DNA from: Leptolyngbyaceae cyanobacterium
GTDB lineage: Bacteria; Cyanobacteriota; Cyanobacteriia; Phormidesmidales; Phormidesmidaceae
DNA length: 64,000 nucleotides
Reading direction: 5' to 3'
Assembly (NCBI GenBank): GCA_965263355.1
Contig: CBDHHL010000056.1
Span: 544,001-608,000, forward strand
Made by a program: the position numbers and the translations under genes. Positions 51,905 to 62,199 of this stretch are shown piece by piece (positions within the stretch are counted from its first letter, which is position 1; every line of letters begins with the position of its first letter). A model generated the notes under the pieces. It searched no databases and was not told where the DNA came from. It was given only the letters and a program-made list of their open reading frames with translations.

Positions 51905-52855
51905 ATGAATCGGCCAGTCTTTTTTATCGCAGGGAACTCAAAGAGTGGAACAACGGCTCTTCACGCTTTTCTTAAGCAGCATCCTGACATTTTTATGAGT
52001 GTTCCTAAGGAACCTAATTTTTTCGCGAAAGATTTTTGTCGTGATCCTAATCCAGGGGCGTCTTTTTATCCTATGGCTCACAGCCAATATCTTGGCTTAT
52101 TTTCTGAGGCATGGCCTGGACAGATGTGTGGGGAGGCGAGTGCATGTTATTTATACTCCACTGTGGCAGCGAGGGAAATCTATAACTTTAACCCGAAGGC
52201 TAAGATCATTGTTATTCTGCGTGAACCCGTAGATTTCCTGCGTTCTTACCACCTGCAATCTTTAAAGAATCTTCCTACAGAAGCAGAAACGATCAAGGGT
52301 TTTAAGCATGCACTGGACTTAGAGCCCTCTCGTAAGCGAGGAAAAAATTTACCGCCTAAATGTCTCATACCTGAGTTTTTATATTATCGGGAGCGGGTTA
52401 AATATGTGGAACATCTCAAACGGTTTTATCACTATTTTGGGGCAGACCAAATCAAGGTCATTATCTATGACGATTGGATCAACGATAATCAGGATATTTA
52501 TAAAGACGTGCTTGATTTCTTAGGCATTCGTTCAAACTTTGAACCTAGTTTTTCCACCCATAACAAGGGCGGAGTTATCCTTAGGGCCAAATGGTTACAG
52601 GAAATTGTTCACAATTTATCCCATGGAAAAAATGGATTCCAAGGATTAAAAGTATTGACTAAAACTGTCTTTCCAGACGCTATCAGAAAAAAACTTTTGC
52701 AGGTGATTTACCAAAAGGCGGTTTTTTCTAAAGCAGATGCGTTAGATCCCATGCTTGTAGCCTCTCTGAAAAAGGAATTTAAGCATGAAGTGCTTGCCTT
52801 AAGCCACTTTATCAATCGAGACCTTATGGAAGTTTGGAATTACCAGGATGTATGA
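51905..52855 (+). CDS. PAPS-dependent sulfotransferase
   Basis: FFIAGNSKSGTT, KEPNFF, GEASACY, KIIVILREPV. Confidence 0.92.
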   Translation: MNRPVFFIAGNSKSGTTALHAFLKQHPDIFMSVPKEPNFFAKDFCRDPNPGASFYPMAHSQYLGLFSEAWPGQMCGEASACYLYSTVAAREIYNFNPKAKIIVILREPVDFLRSYHLQSLKNLPTEAETIKGFKHALDLEPSRKRGKNLPPKCLIPEFLYYRERVKYVEHLKRFYHYFGADQIKVIIYDDWINDNQDIYKDVLDFLGIRSNFEPSFSTHNKGGVILRAKWLQEIVHNLSHGKNGFQGLKVLTKTVFPDAIRKKLLQVIYQKAVFSKADALDPMLVASLKKEFKHEVLALSHFINRDLMEVWNYQDV

Positions 52856-52888
52856 CGCATTTTGTTCTCTCTTACCCGTTCAAACCCC

Positions 52889-53944
52889 ATGGCTAACCTA
52901 ACGTCTCGCATTACGGTTTCATGCAATGCCCCCTATGGTAAGGGCGGTCTCGGTCAGCATCTGGCTCAGGTACTGAGCGAGGCCATTAATGCGGGACACC
53001 AATGTACCTATTATTGCGCAAAACCAGCTACCACCGTGCACGAGGGGCATGGTGTTGAACTCTTACAGCCTAAACTACTGCGATATACGCCATTGCGTTA
53101 CAGTCCAGGCTGGATTAACTTTTCTAGTGTCGATTGTTTTGATCGCGCTGTTGCTAGAAAACTACCGCCTGCTCAAATTTTTGAAGGGTTTGTGGGGCAA
53201 TCGCTCTCTACGTTTAAACGTGCCCGCCAGCTGGGGTATGGAAAACTGCATTTACAGGCAGCCAACAGCCATGTCGATAATGTTATTTCTCAGCATCAAA
53301 AAGCGATTCAGCGATTTGGTCTGGAAGAAAGTTGGCTTAACGAGGCTCAGCAACATAAAACCCTTGAAGAGTATAAAATGGCGGACGTCATTTTTGTAGC
53401 TTCTGAATATAGTCGTCAAACTATGTTAGCTGCAGGCATCCCAGATCACAAGCTGCAGCGAATTGAGTTGACGGTGAATCCACGGTATCAACCAACAGCA
53501 ACGCGTAAGCAGGATGATACATTTCGCATTGTCTATGTCGGTAGCCTGACGGTGATGAAGGGTATCCCGGTTCTACTGGAGGCATTTTCGCGATTACCTG
53601 ATAAAAATATCGAACTTACGTTAGTGGGTGGTTATGCTACACGGGGTATGCGCCGCTGTATTCAAGGGTGGTTAGCGAAAGATCCTCGGATAAAACTGGC
53701 TCCTGGGGACCCATTGCCCCATCTGCAAAATGCAAACCTTTACGTACATCCTACCTACGAAGATGGATTTGCCTATGCACCGATGGAAGCACTGGCCTGT
53801 GGTGTGCCGGTTGTTGTTACAGAAGATACGGGCATGAAAGAGCATATCCAGGAGGGGATCAACGGGTATATTGTCCCCACGGGAAGCGTAGACGCTTTGG
53901 TAGAACGGCTGATGTCTTTGCAGAAAAAAGAATTAGTTATGTAA
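52889..53944 (+). CDS. Glycosyltransferase family 4
   Basis: YVGSL...KG, EDGFAYAPMEALACGVPVV; ATG at 52889. Confidence 0.9.
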   Translation: MANLTSRITVSCNAPYGKGGLGQHLAQVLSEAINAGHQCTYYCAKPATTVHEGHGVELLQPKLLRYTPLRYSPGWINFSSVDCFDRAVARKLPPAQIFEGFVGQSLSTFKRARQLGYGKLHLQAANSHVDNVISQHQKAIQRFGLEESWLNEAQQHKTLEEYKMADVIFVASEYSRQTMLAAGIPDHKLQRIELTVNPRYQPTATRKQDDTFRIVYVGSLTVMKGIPVLLEAFSRLPDKNIELTLVGGYATRGMRRCIQGWLAKDPRIKLAPGDPLPHLQNANLYVHPTYEDGFAYAPMEALACGVPVVVTEDTGMKEHIQEGINGYIVPTGSVDALVERLMSLQKKELVM

Positions 53945-53986
53945 TATTTATTACTCGAAATTCTGGTTAACTGCCCTTGATATTGT

Positions 53987-54013
53987 AGGGCAACCACAAG
54001 GGATTGCCCCTAC
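53987..54013 (-). repeat. REP-like palindromic repeat
   Basis: Reverse complement GTAGGGGCAATCCCTTGTGGTTGCCCT. Confidence 0.75.
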
Positions 54014-54098
54014 GGATTGTTCATTGTTAATCGGATTTACTTAATTCGGACCAAACTATTTTTACTTTTAACTTAAAAACTACTAAATATAAATCAAT

Positions 54099-54860
54099 AT
54101 GCCTAAAAATCTAATCTTTTTTACTCATATTCCTAAAACATCGGGAACAACATTTTTTCGATCTTCGGTAGTGCCCAACATCCCTCAAACTCAGATCTAT
54201 GAAGTAGCCAGTATTAAAAAGGTTTTAGCAGATCGTTTGACCGCCAAGCTCAGGACAGATGACTTAACGGTTATCAGCGGTCACTTTAAGTATGGGATGC
54301 ATTACCTCTTCCCATGTAAGCCTAAATATATTGTTTTTCTACGGGATCCCATTGATCGAGCAGTTTCTTTTTACTACTTTATCAAAGACTCCAATGTTAA
54401 TGTGTATCGTCATCCCATGAGGGACTATGCTGATAGTGTTTCCATTGCAGAGTTCTATCAAAATCCTAGGTTTTCTAATATGATCTGCCAGCAGATTGCT
54501 GGCTATAGAGTGAGTGCTATTTATCAAAAATTTTCTCAACATAAGAGTATTCAAAAACACTTACTGGAAACTGCATCGGACCATTTATTTAATCGATATG
54601 AAAATTACGGCTTGTTAGAGCAGTTTGATGCGTCTCGTAGGCTGCTTTGTAGTCGGCTTTCACTAAATGCAATTAATAAAAATCTAAAAAAGCAGAAGAA
54701 AACAGGTAAGCGTCCTCAGATAGAGGACCTTTCTATGACTACTCTCTCTGCCCTAAAAACTTCCCATGCACTAGACTTAGCGCTTTATGAGCAGGCCAAA
54801 GCTAAGTTCTTTGATCAGTTTGAGGTCCACGAACAAGAAAACTTTTTGAAAAATGCATAA
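54099..54860 (+). CDS. Sulfotransferase family 2 protein
   Basis: FTHIPKTSGTT, SGHF, FLRDPIDRAVSFYYF, LDLALYEQA. Confidence 0.9.
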   Translation: MPKNLIFFTHIPKTSGTTFFRSSVVPNIPQTQIYEVASIKKVLADRLTAKLRTDDLTVISGHFKYGMHYLFPCKPKYIVFLRDPIDRAVSFYYFIKDSNVNVYRHPMRDYADSVSIAEFYQNPRFSNMICQQIAGYRVSAIYQKFSQHKSIQKHLLETASDHLFNRYENYGLLEQFDASRRLLCSRLSLNAINKNLKKQKKTGKRPQIEDLSMTTLSALKTSHALDLALYEQAKAKFFDQFEVHEQENFLKNA

Positions 54861-54908
54861 TTTGTCGTTGTGGATCGAGGGATAAATTAATTTGGTGGAG
54901 TATCAACA

Positions 54909-56081
54909 ATGATTATTATTGGTCACTATGATCGCGAAATTTGGGCGAAAGGGGGAAAAGCCAGCTATATTCGGCGAGTTAGCTCAGCTCAAAGAGATAA
55001 TGGTCATCAGGTCTACTATTTTAGTAAATACCCCAGCCATGGTACTGGTCGCTATGAAACGTCTATCACGGTAGAGACTACCACAGAGCTATTTGCAAAG
55101 GCTAAAGAATTAGGTGTGGATATTCTAAATCTACATCAGTCGGTGAGCCATGTTGCCTCAGGGGATATTCCCCTGGTTCGAACGTTGCATGAGCACAGTC
55201 CCTACTGTCCTAGTGGGAGTAAGTTTCTCCAACGATGGCATCGTCCTTGCGATCGCAAATATAGCTTTTATGGATGTATGTGGGGCCAGGTGGTTGATCG
55301 CTGCAGTAGTATACGTCCTCAAAAAATCTATCAAAATTTTCAGAAAACCTTTCAGGAAGCAGATACACTACCAAATATTACAGTAATTACTGTCAGCCAC
55401 TTTCTAAAACAGCAAATGTTAGCGTCAGGGTATCCCTCTGAAAGGGTGCATGCCCTGCCATTGTTTGCGCCTGAGTCATTTAGCCAGACTGTAGCATTAC
55501 CTGCAACGGGCATTCCTCACTTTGTTTTTTTAGGTAGATTTTCACCGAGTAAGGGGCTGGAGTGGCTGTTAAAATCCCTTAAAAATATTGCGGTGCCCGT
55601 ACATTTAGACATTGCTGGCGAGGGGTTTCAGGAACCTGTCCTAAAAACTTTGGTCAAAAAGCTTGGGCTGACTGATAGGGTGACCTTTCATGGTTGGGTA
55701 AATGCGGATCAAGCTAATGATTTAATTCGCTCAGCCAGGGCATTAATATTCCCATCTGTCTGGCATGAACCTGCGGGTCTGGTTGCATTGGAGGCAATGA
55801 AAAACGCTAGACCTGTGATTGCAAGCCGAGTTGGTGGAATTCCTGAAATGGTATCCCACCAGGGGAATGGCCTGCTTGTTTCACCCTACGATATCAAGGA
55901 GTTGAGTAACAGTATTGAAACCCTGGCAACTGACTGGTTACTGGCCAAACGTTTGGGTGAGCAGGGGCAAGTCTGTATTGCTCAAAAATTTACCTTACAA
56001 AAGCATTTAGAGGGTCTTATGGCCCTGTATCAACAAATTATTGATACGACCAAAAATCGTTCACCTCTAGTTAATACATAG
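54909..56081 (+). CDS. Glycosyltransferase family 4
   Basis: FLGRFSPSKG, PSVWHEPAGLVALEAM. Confidence 0.92.
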   Translation: MIIIGHYDREIWAKGGKASYIRRVSSAQRDNGHQVYYFSKYPSHGTGRYETSITVETTTELFAKAKELGVDILNLHQSVSHVASGDIPLVRTLHEHSPYCPSGSKFLQRWHRPCDRKYSFYGCMWGQVVDRCSSIRPQKIYQNFQKTFQEADTLPNITVITVSHFLKQQMLASGYPSERVHALPLFAPESFSQTVALPATGIPHFVFLGRFSPSKGLEWLLKSLKNIAVPVHLDIAGEGFQEPVLKTLVKKLGLTDRVTFHGWVNADQANDLIRSARALIFPSVWHEPAGLVALEAMKNARPVIASRVGGIPEMVSHQGNGLLVSPYDIKELSNSIETLATDWLLAKRLGEQGQVCIAQKFTLQKHLEGLMALYQQIIDTTKNRSPLVNT

Positions 56082-56124
56082 ACTAACAATAAAAGAAGAT
56101 ACTAGTTGCCCAAGAAACCTTTAA

Positions 56125-57285
56125 ATGAAACTTTGTATTGTTACTCATAAAGTTACGCTGGGGGATGGTCAAGGGCGTGTCAACTATGAGATTGCTCAGG
56201 AAGTGTTGCGGCTTGGTCATCAATTAATTCTCGTCGCTAGCTACATAGCCCCTGAGCTAGAGCATTTAGACTCTGTACAATGGGTGCCCATCAAGGTGGC
56301 TCAGCTGCCTGGTTCATTGCTGCGTAATCTAGTCTTTTCCTATCAGAGTGCAGGGTGGTTACAGCAGCATCGTGATGAGTACGATATCTTGCTGAGTAAT
56401 GGGGCTATTACGTCTGCGCCCAGTGAGCTGAACACTGCTCATTTTGTCCATAGTACCTGGCTAACCTCGCCATATCATACTATCCGCTATCGTCGCGATC
56501 TCTATGGCGTGTACCAATGGTTGTATACAGCCCTCAATGCCCATTGGGAAAAACAGGCGTTTGCGCGTAGTACAATCGTTGTTGCCGTGTCTAGTCAGGT
56601 TAAAGCTGAATTAGTTCGCATTGGTGTTCCAGCTAAAAAGATTCAGGTTATTCCCAATGGTGTAGATCTAGAAACGTTTCAACCGGCTACGGTGGATCGT
56701 TCGGTGTTAGGGTTACCTGAAGGCGTTACCCTTGGGTTATTTGCTGGGGACATTCGTACACCGCGTAAGAATCTTGATACGGTGTTGCGATCGCTCACCC
56801 AAATCCCCAATCTGCACCTAGCCATTGCCGGCGATAGTAGCGGCAGTCCCTACCCAGCCATGGCAGCAGACCTGGGCATTCAGGCCCGGACTCACTTTCT
56901 TGGCTATCGCCGAGATATGCCACAGCTGATGCAGGCTGTCGATCTATTTATCTTTCCCTCCCGTTACGAAACCTTTGGCCTGGTGGTGCTAGAAGCAATG
57001 GCCAGTGGTATTCCAGTGATTACAACCGCAACGACCGGAGTCTCGGAATTGGTCACCCCTGAGGTCGGTTATGTCATTGCTCACCCTGACAATGTTTCAG
57101 AGCTTAAAAACGCATTAATCCAACTAAGTCAAGATGCCGACCTACGTAAGCGCCAGGGGACTGCCGCTAGAGCAATAGCCCACCAGTTCACCTGGAAAAA
57201 GTTAGCTCAACAATATGTAAATCAGATTGAACGCTTAGCAATGTCACAATCGACCGCTGCTGTTACTACAGCTGTCTCAGCATGA
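56125..57285 (+). CDS. Glycosyltransferase family 4
   Basis: GDGQGRVN, RKNL, PSRYETFGLVVLEAMASG. Confidence 0.92.
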   Translation: MKLCIVTHKVTLGDGQGRVNYEIAQEVLRLGHQLILVASYIAPELEHLDSVQWVPIKVAQLPGSLLRNLVFSYQSAGWLQQHRDEYDILLSNGAITSAPSELNTAHFVHSTWLTSPYHTIRYRRDLYGVYQWLYTALNAHWEKQAFARSTIVVAVSSQVKAELVRIGVPAKKIQVIPNGVDLETFQPATVDRSVLGLPEGVTLGLFAGDIRTPRKNLDTVLRSLTQIPNLHLAIAGDSSGSPYPAMAADLGIQARTHFLGYRRDMPQLMQAVDLFIFPSRYETFGLVVLEAMASGIPVITTATTGVSELVTPEVGYVIAHPDNVSELKNALIQLSQDADLRKRQGTAARAIAHQFTWKKLAQQYVNQIERLAMSQSTAAVTTAVSA

Positions 57286-58382
57286 CCGTCACGACTCTGG
57301 TACCACGCTTACGCCCTGCCATTGACGGAGTGGGTGACTATGGGTTCAAACTGGCTTTACAACTGCGTGAAGATTACAACATTACCACCCAGTTTATTGT
57401 TGGCGATCCAACCTGGCAACGAAATAATGATTTAAAGGGCATGGAGGCACATGCCGTCAGCTGCCGTTCAGTGGAGAGTCTTCTCTCTCACCTGCAAGGT
57501 ACATCCACTGTCATTTTGCACTATGTTCCCCATGGTTACGCACAGAAAGCCTGTCCGTTCTGGCTCATTCAAGCACTAGAACGTTGGCACACCTCTACCG
57601 CCAACGCCAGCCTAATCACCATGTTTCATGAACTCTATGCGCTCGACTGGCATCGCCCTTGGAGTAGTGATTTTTATTTATCTCCTGTTCAACAATATCT
57701 GGCCGCTCGTGTGGCTCAGCTTAGCACTGTCTGCCTGACCAGTACCGAACGCTACCGCCACAGTATTCAGCGACTGAGCCATGGCAAACACACCCAGGTC
57801 TCCGTACTGCCAGTGCCTTCAAATATGGGCGAACCATCCAGGCTTTTACCCCTATCTCAACGCCAGCGTCGACTGATTATTTTTGGTCAACGTCGCAGCA
57901 AAGGCCCCATATATCGTCATTTCCAGGCGTTACTTAATCAGATATGTCAGACGTTAGCGATCCAAGAGATCTGGGATATTGGCCCCTCGGTTGACCCCAC
58001 CCCAATACAAATCAGCGCAGTGCCTGTAAAGAAACTGGGAAAACTGCCCGAGACTGACATTAGTCAAATTCTCTCAGAGTCTTTAGCCGGTTTTTTAAGC
58101 TATGACCCTAAACGATTGGGGAAATCTGGCATTTTTGCCGCCTATTGCGCCCACGGCATGGTGCCCATTAACCACACCCATGGGCCAAGCCCTGTGGATG
58201 GTTTAGTGGTTAATCAGCATTATTGGTGTCCAATATTCGCGCCATCTCACCCACCTGACATAGAGACAATTGCAGACTATGCCCTGGCCTGGTATCGAAA
58301 CCATGGGTTATCTAAACAAGCCGCTGTCTTTCGCCACCATCTTTCCAACGTAATTATTTCAGCGACTGCCCATGAATTATAG
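57282..58382 (+). CDS. Divergent GT-B glycosyltransferase
   Basis: DGVGDY, TMFHE, LPVPSN, KSGIFAAYCAHG; inside the EPS operon. Confidence 0.75.
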   Translation: MTVTTLVPRLRPAIDGVGDYGFKLALQLREDYNITTQFIVGDPTWQRNNDLKGMEAHAVSCRSVESLLSHLQGTSTVILHYVPHGYAQKACPFWLIQALERWHTSTANASLITMFHELYALDWHRPWSSDFYLSPVQQYLAARVAQLSTVCLTSTERYRHSIQRLSHGKHTQVSVLPVPSNMGEPSRLLPLSQRQRRLIIFGQRRSKGPIYRHFQALLNQICQTLAIQEIWDIGPSVDPTPIQISAVPVKKLGKLPETDISQILSESLAGFLSYDPKRLGKSGIFAAYCAHGMVPINHTHGPSPVDGLVVNQHYWCPIFAPSHPPDIETIADYALAWYRNHGLSKQAAVFRHHLSNVIISATAHEL

Positions 58383-59826
58383 TAGGACATGGCAGCAAGC
58401 CCCTCAGGAGATTGCTCAACCGCCAATTATTCAGGCCACTCATAAGAGTTCCTCAGTGGCCTGGGGGATCATTATTTCACTGTTTGCGATCGCCATCGTC
58501 GGTGCCAGAGTGGGACTGGGATCGATGTTAAATCTTTTGTTTCCCCTGGGTGCCCTAGCGGTTGGTTTTTACCTGTTTACCTCATATCCAAACTTATATT
58601 TTGGCTTTACCTGGTGGCTCTGGTTTGTTACCCCCTTTTTGCGACGACTGGCTGACTATTGGGGCAGCTACACCGAACCTAGCCCGATGCTGCTGACCCC
58701 CTATTTAGTCACTGGATTAACGATATTTTCGGCGATACAAGCATTGCCAAAAGCCCATAAAACCGGATCTATTCCATTTGCGATCGCCTGTGTTGGAGTA
58801 GTCTACGGCTTTTGTGTCGGGTTAGTTAACCATTCTCTTTATCCAGGCAGTTTTTTCTTTACATTGATCAAATCCTTGTTGGGATGGTTGACCCCCGTAA
58901 CCTTTAGTTGGTATGTATTTAACCGCTGGCAAGACTACCCACAGTATCGTCAACTGACTCGGCGGATCTTTCTATGGGGCCTGCTAATTATGGGGCTTTA
59001 TGGCATCTGGCAATATGTCGCTTTGCCAGACTGGGATCGACTGTGGCTGATGAAATCTGGTTTGTTTTCTTCCCACGGATTACCAGACGCATCCGGCGGA
59101 TCAAGGGTTTGGAGCACCATGCAATCAGCAGAACCCTTTTCTGCTTATGCCGCAGGTGGACTGTTGTTACTGCTGAGTCATCAAGGCCCCATGCTCTTAC
59201 CCGCATCAATTGCTGGTTTGGTCGCTCTACTATTAACGACAGTAAGGTCAGCCTGGCTGGGCTTCTTTGCGGGTTTAATCACGTTGTTTGCATTCCTTAA
59301 ACCTAATTTTCAGATGAGGTTAGTGGGCTTAGCTGTTGTGATTATCCTGTGCATCATCCCTATTCTGACATCGGATCTTTTTTCTGATGACATTGTCGCT
59401 GACATTATTAACCGATTGAATACCTTCTCTGATCTGGGAAATGATCGCAGTACTGACGTTAGGTTAAACACCTTTAATGCCCTGATTGGTCAAGCCCTTA
59501 CAAGCTTTACTGGTCGAGGTTTGGGGCGGGGAGTGCGTGACAGCACGATCTTATCAACGATGTTTGAGATTGGCTGGGTCGGTGTTTCCTTCTATGTCGG
59601 TGGACTGTGCTTACTGTTGATAAAACTGTTTAATAACACTACTTGCAAAGCAGATTCATTTGCCATGACAACCCGAGCAATTGCGGTCAGTGCCCTAATT
59701 CGACTACCGGTAAATAGCGTTTTTGAGGGAGTAACCGGTATCTTACTATGGGTTTCCATTGCTCTGGGACTGGCTGCGGTCAAATACAATGAAAAATTTG
59801 GTTTAAACCCTAGACAAAACATTTAA
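58372..59826 (+). CDS. O-antigen ligase / Wzy polymerase-like membrane protein
   Basis: Many TM helices, RVWSTM, VRSAWLG, R...GRGLG pattern. Confidence 0.8.
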   Translation: MNYSRTWQQAPQEIAQPPIIQATHKSSSVAWGIIISLFAIAIVGARVGLGSMLNLLFPLGALAVGFYLFTSYPNLYFGFTWWLWFVTPFLRRLADYWGSYTEPSPMLLTPYLVTGLTIFSAIQALPKAHKTGSIPFAIACVGVVYGFCVGLVNHSLYPGSFFFTLIKSLLGWLTPVTFSWYVFNRWQDYPQYRQLTRRIFLWGLLIMGLYGIWQYVALPDWDRLWLMKSGLFSSHGLPDASGGSRVWSTMQSAEPFSAYAAGGLLLLLSHQGPMLLPASIAGLVALLLTTVRSAWLGFFAGLITLFAFLKPNFQMRLVGLAVVIILCIIPILTSDLFSDDIVADIINRLNTFSDLGNDRSTDVRLNTFNALIGQALTSFTGRGLGRGVRDSTILSTMFEIGWVGVSFYVGGLCLLLIKLFNNTTCKADSFAMTTRAIAVSALIRLPVNSVFEGVTGILLWVSIALGLAAVKYNEKFGLNPRQNI

Positions 59827-59859
59827 GAAATAAACAATTTCAGGTATAGTAAGTTCCCT

Positions 59860-61035
59860 ATGGAGACATCCAAAAAAGTTTTATTTGTTGTTCGATATCT
59901 TTGGGGCGATGAAGGGATCTCTATCCACTTAATCAGGCTAGCCCAGGGCCTGATTAGGTTAGGTTGGGACGTTGGCCTAGCATCAGCAATCCCAGCCGAT
60001 CAAGAGCATCAATCTCATATCGTCGACAAATTCAGATCATGTGGCATTAAATACTTTTATGTTCCATTTCCACAGAAAATAAATCATCCCAATAAGCTAC
60101 CGTCCTTTTTTACAGCCCTGACTGACCTGGCTAAAATTATTCAACAGTTTAAGCCCGATCTGCTGCATATCCACTCCCTTTCAGTTTCTCCCTATGCCCA
60201 CATCATCCGTTTACTATATGGGCTGCCCTTTATCGCAACGGCCCATATAGAACCCAAGCTCAAGCCCTCTAATATTCTTTTTTTTAAGTTTTTCAATAAA
60301 CTTTTCCCACCCTTTTTAGGTAATCGATTTATTGCTATCAGTACAGCAATTGAAACTATATATGCAGATAAAATAAACGTTAACAAAGCCAGAATTAAGT
60401 TAATTTATCATGGATTTGACATTAATTACTTTCGGCCTCCCTCTGAAAGTGAAAAAATAGAGGCACGTAGGGGATTTAATCTACTGGATGAGGCTAAGGT
60501 TGTCTGTTTAATTGGGAGATTAGACCCAGTTAAAGGTCACAAAATCTTATATCAGGCCTTATCTCTTTTAAAGGAGCAGGGTATTCATATTTTTGCCATT
60601 TGTGCAGGGACAGGAGGAGAGTGGGAAAGTCGAATTAAGGCTCAACCTAAAGACTTTGCAGTCCATGACCTGGTTCAATTTCCGGGTTTTACGGATGCTC
60701 GTAACGTAATATGGGCCGCCGACGCTATTGTTCTGCCAAGCCAGCGGGAAGGATTTGCCTTAGTGATTCCTGAAGCAATGCTTTGTGGCGTGGTGCCCAT
60801 ACGCACCCCTGCGGCTGGTGCGTATGATCAAATAACAGACAACGTCAATGGCTTTATTATCCCGTTTAATGATCCAGATGCCCTGGCGTCTGCACTAAGA
60901 AACCTCCTAACTCAAGAGTCTCTAAAAGAGTCTATGAGCAAGGCCGCGATTTCCTTTGCCACTGATCAGTTTTCTGAGACCACAATGATTAATAAAACAA
61001 TTGAAACCTATTTAGAGGTTGTGGGAGATAAGTAA
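59860..61035 (+). CDS. Glycosyltransferase family 4
   Basis: IGRLDPVKGH, PSQREGFALVIPEAM. Confidence 0.92.
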   Translation: METSKKVLFVVRYLWGDEGISIHLIRLAQGLIRLGWDVGLASAIPADQEHQSHIVDKFRSCGIKYFYVPFPQKINHPNKLPSFFTALTDLAKIIQQFKPDLLHIHSLSVSPYAHIIRLLYGLPFIATAHIEPKLKPSNILFFKFFNKLFPPFLGNRFIAISTAIETIYADKINVNKARIKLIYHGFDINYFRPPSESEKIEARRGFNLLDEAKVVCLIGRLDPVKGHKILYQALSLLKEQGIHIFAICAGTGGEWESRIKAQPKDFAVHDLVQFPGFTDARNVIWAADAIVLPSQREGFALVIPEAMLCGVVPIRTPAAGAYDQITDNVNGFIIPFNDPDALASALRNLLTQESLKESMSKAAISFATDQFSETTMINKTIETYLEVVGDK

Positions 61036-61051
61036 TTTTCCCTGAAATCCT

Positions 61052-62191
61052 ATGAAAACACTTCAAATTGGCATGGGTTGGTTTCCAGAACAACCAGGCG
61101 GGCTAAACCGGTTTTACTATGGCTGTCTCCAACATCTGCCCAGCATTGATGTGGCGGTTAAAGGATTTGTTGTGGGTTCTCAGCACATAGCCTCCGAGTC
61201 CCATGGGCAAGTCTTTAGTTTTGCCCGTCGAGACGCTTCTTTACTCAATCGTTGGTGGTCTATTCGTCAGGAATTTAAAGCATTTTCAAAGTCCATGGAT
61301 TGCCATGTGATTGCATCCCACTTTGCCCTTTACACCCTGCCAATTCTGGATCTGACGAGTGAGTATCCCCTTGTTGTTCACTTTCACGGCCCCTGGGCAT
61401 TAGAAGGTAATACTGAAGGGCACCGCAAGCTCTCTAACTGGTGCAAAAAAAGAGTTGAACAACCTTGCTATAACCGGGCCAGTCACTTTGTCGTACTGTC
61501 CCAGGCGTTTCGGGATATTCTCCACCATGAATATCATGTGCCGTTTGAACGTATCCATATTGTTCCAGGAGGTGTGGACCTCAAGCAATTTCAACGTACT
61601 CAATCAAAAATCGCTGTTCGTCAAGAATTAGGCTGGCCTACGGATCGACCTATTTTATTTTCTGTCCGTCGTTTAGCTAAACGCATGGGGTTGGAAAATC
61701 TGATTGCTGCCATCGATATTATTCGCCAGCAGCATCCTGATGTGCTCCTGCTGATTGCTGGCAAAGGTCGCCTCAAAGACAGTCTGGAGCAACAAATCTC
61801 AGACCGTTCCCTTCACGATCATGTTCGACTTCTAGGATATCTGCCTGATCAATTACTGCCCCTGGCCTATCGTGCAGCGAACCTATCCATTGTTCCCACG
61901 GTTGCTTTAGAGGGGTTTGGTCTGACCGTCATTGAGTCCTTAGCAGCAGGAACCCCCGTACTGGGCACCCCCATTGGGGGTATTCCAGAAATCCTACGTC
62001 CCTTGTCAGACGATCTTGTCTTTGCCAGTCCAAATGTAAACGACCTGGCTGCCCATATTAACAATGTCCTGTCAGGTCAGATAAGACTACCCAGCGTACA
62101 GACCTGTCAGACCTACGTGCAAGATCACTATGCTTGGCCAGTGATTGCCGAGCAAATTAAAACCGTTTATCAAAAAGCCCTTGTAGATTAA
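61052..62191 (+). CDS. Glycosyltransferase family 4
   Basis: HFHGPWA.E, VRRLAKRMG, LEGFGLTVIESLAAGTP. Confidence 0.92.
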   Translation: MKTLQIGMGWFPEQPGGLNRFYYGCLQHLPSIDVAVKGFVVGSQHIASESHGQVFSFARRDASLLNRWWSIRQEFKAFSKSMDCHVIASHFALYTLPILDLTSEYPLVVHFHGPWALEGNTEGHRKLSNWCKKRVEQPCYNRASHFVVLSQAFRDILHHEYHVPFERIHIVPGGVDLKQFQRTQSKIAVRQELGWPTDRPILFSVRRLAKRMGLENLIAAIDIIRQQHPDVLLLIAGKGRLKDSLEQQISDRSLHDHVRLLGYLPDQLLPLAYRAANLSIVPTVALEGFGLTVIESLAAGTPVLGTPIGGIPEILRPLSDDLVFASPNVNDLAAHINNVLSGQIRLPSVQTCQTYVQDHYAWPVIAEQIKTVYQKALVD

Positions 62192-62199
62192 CCCATTAC

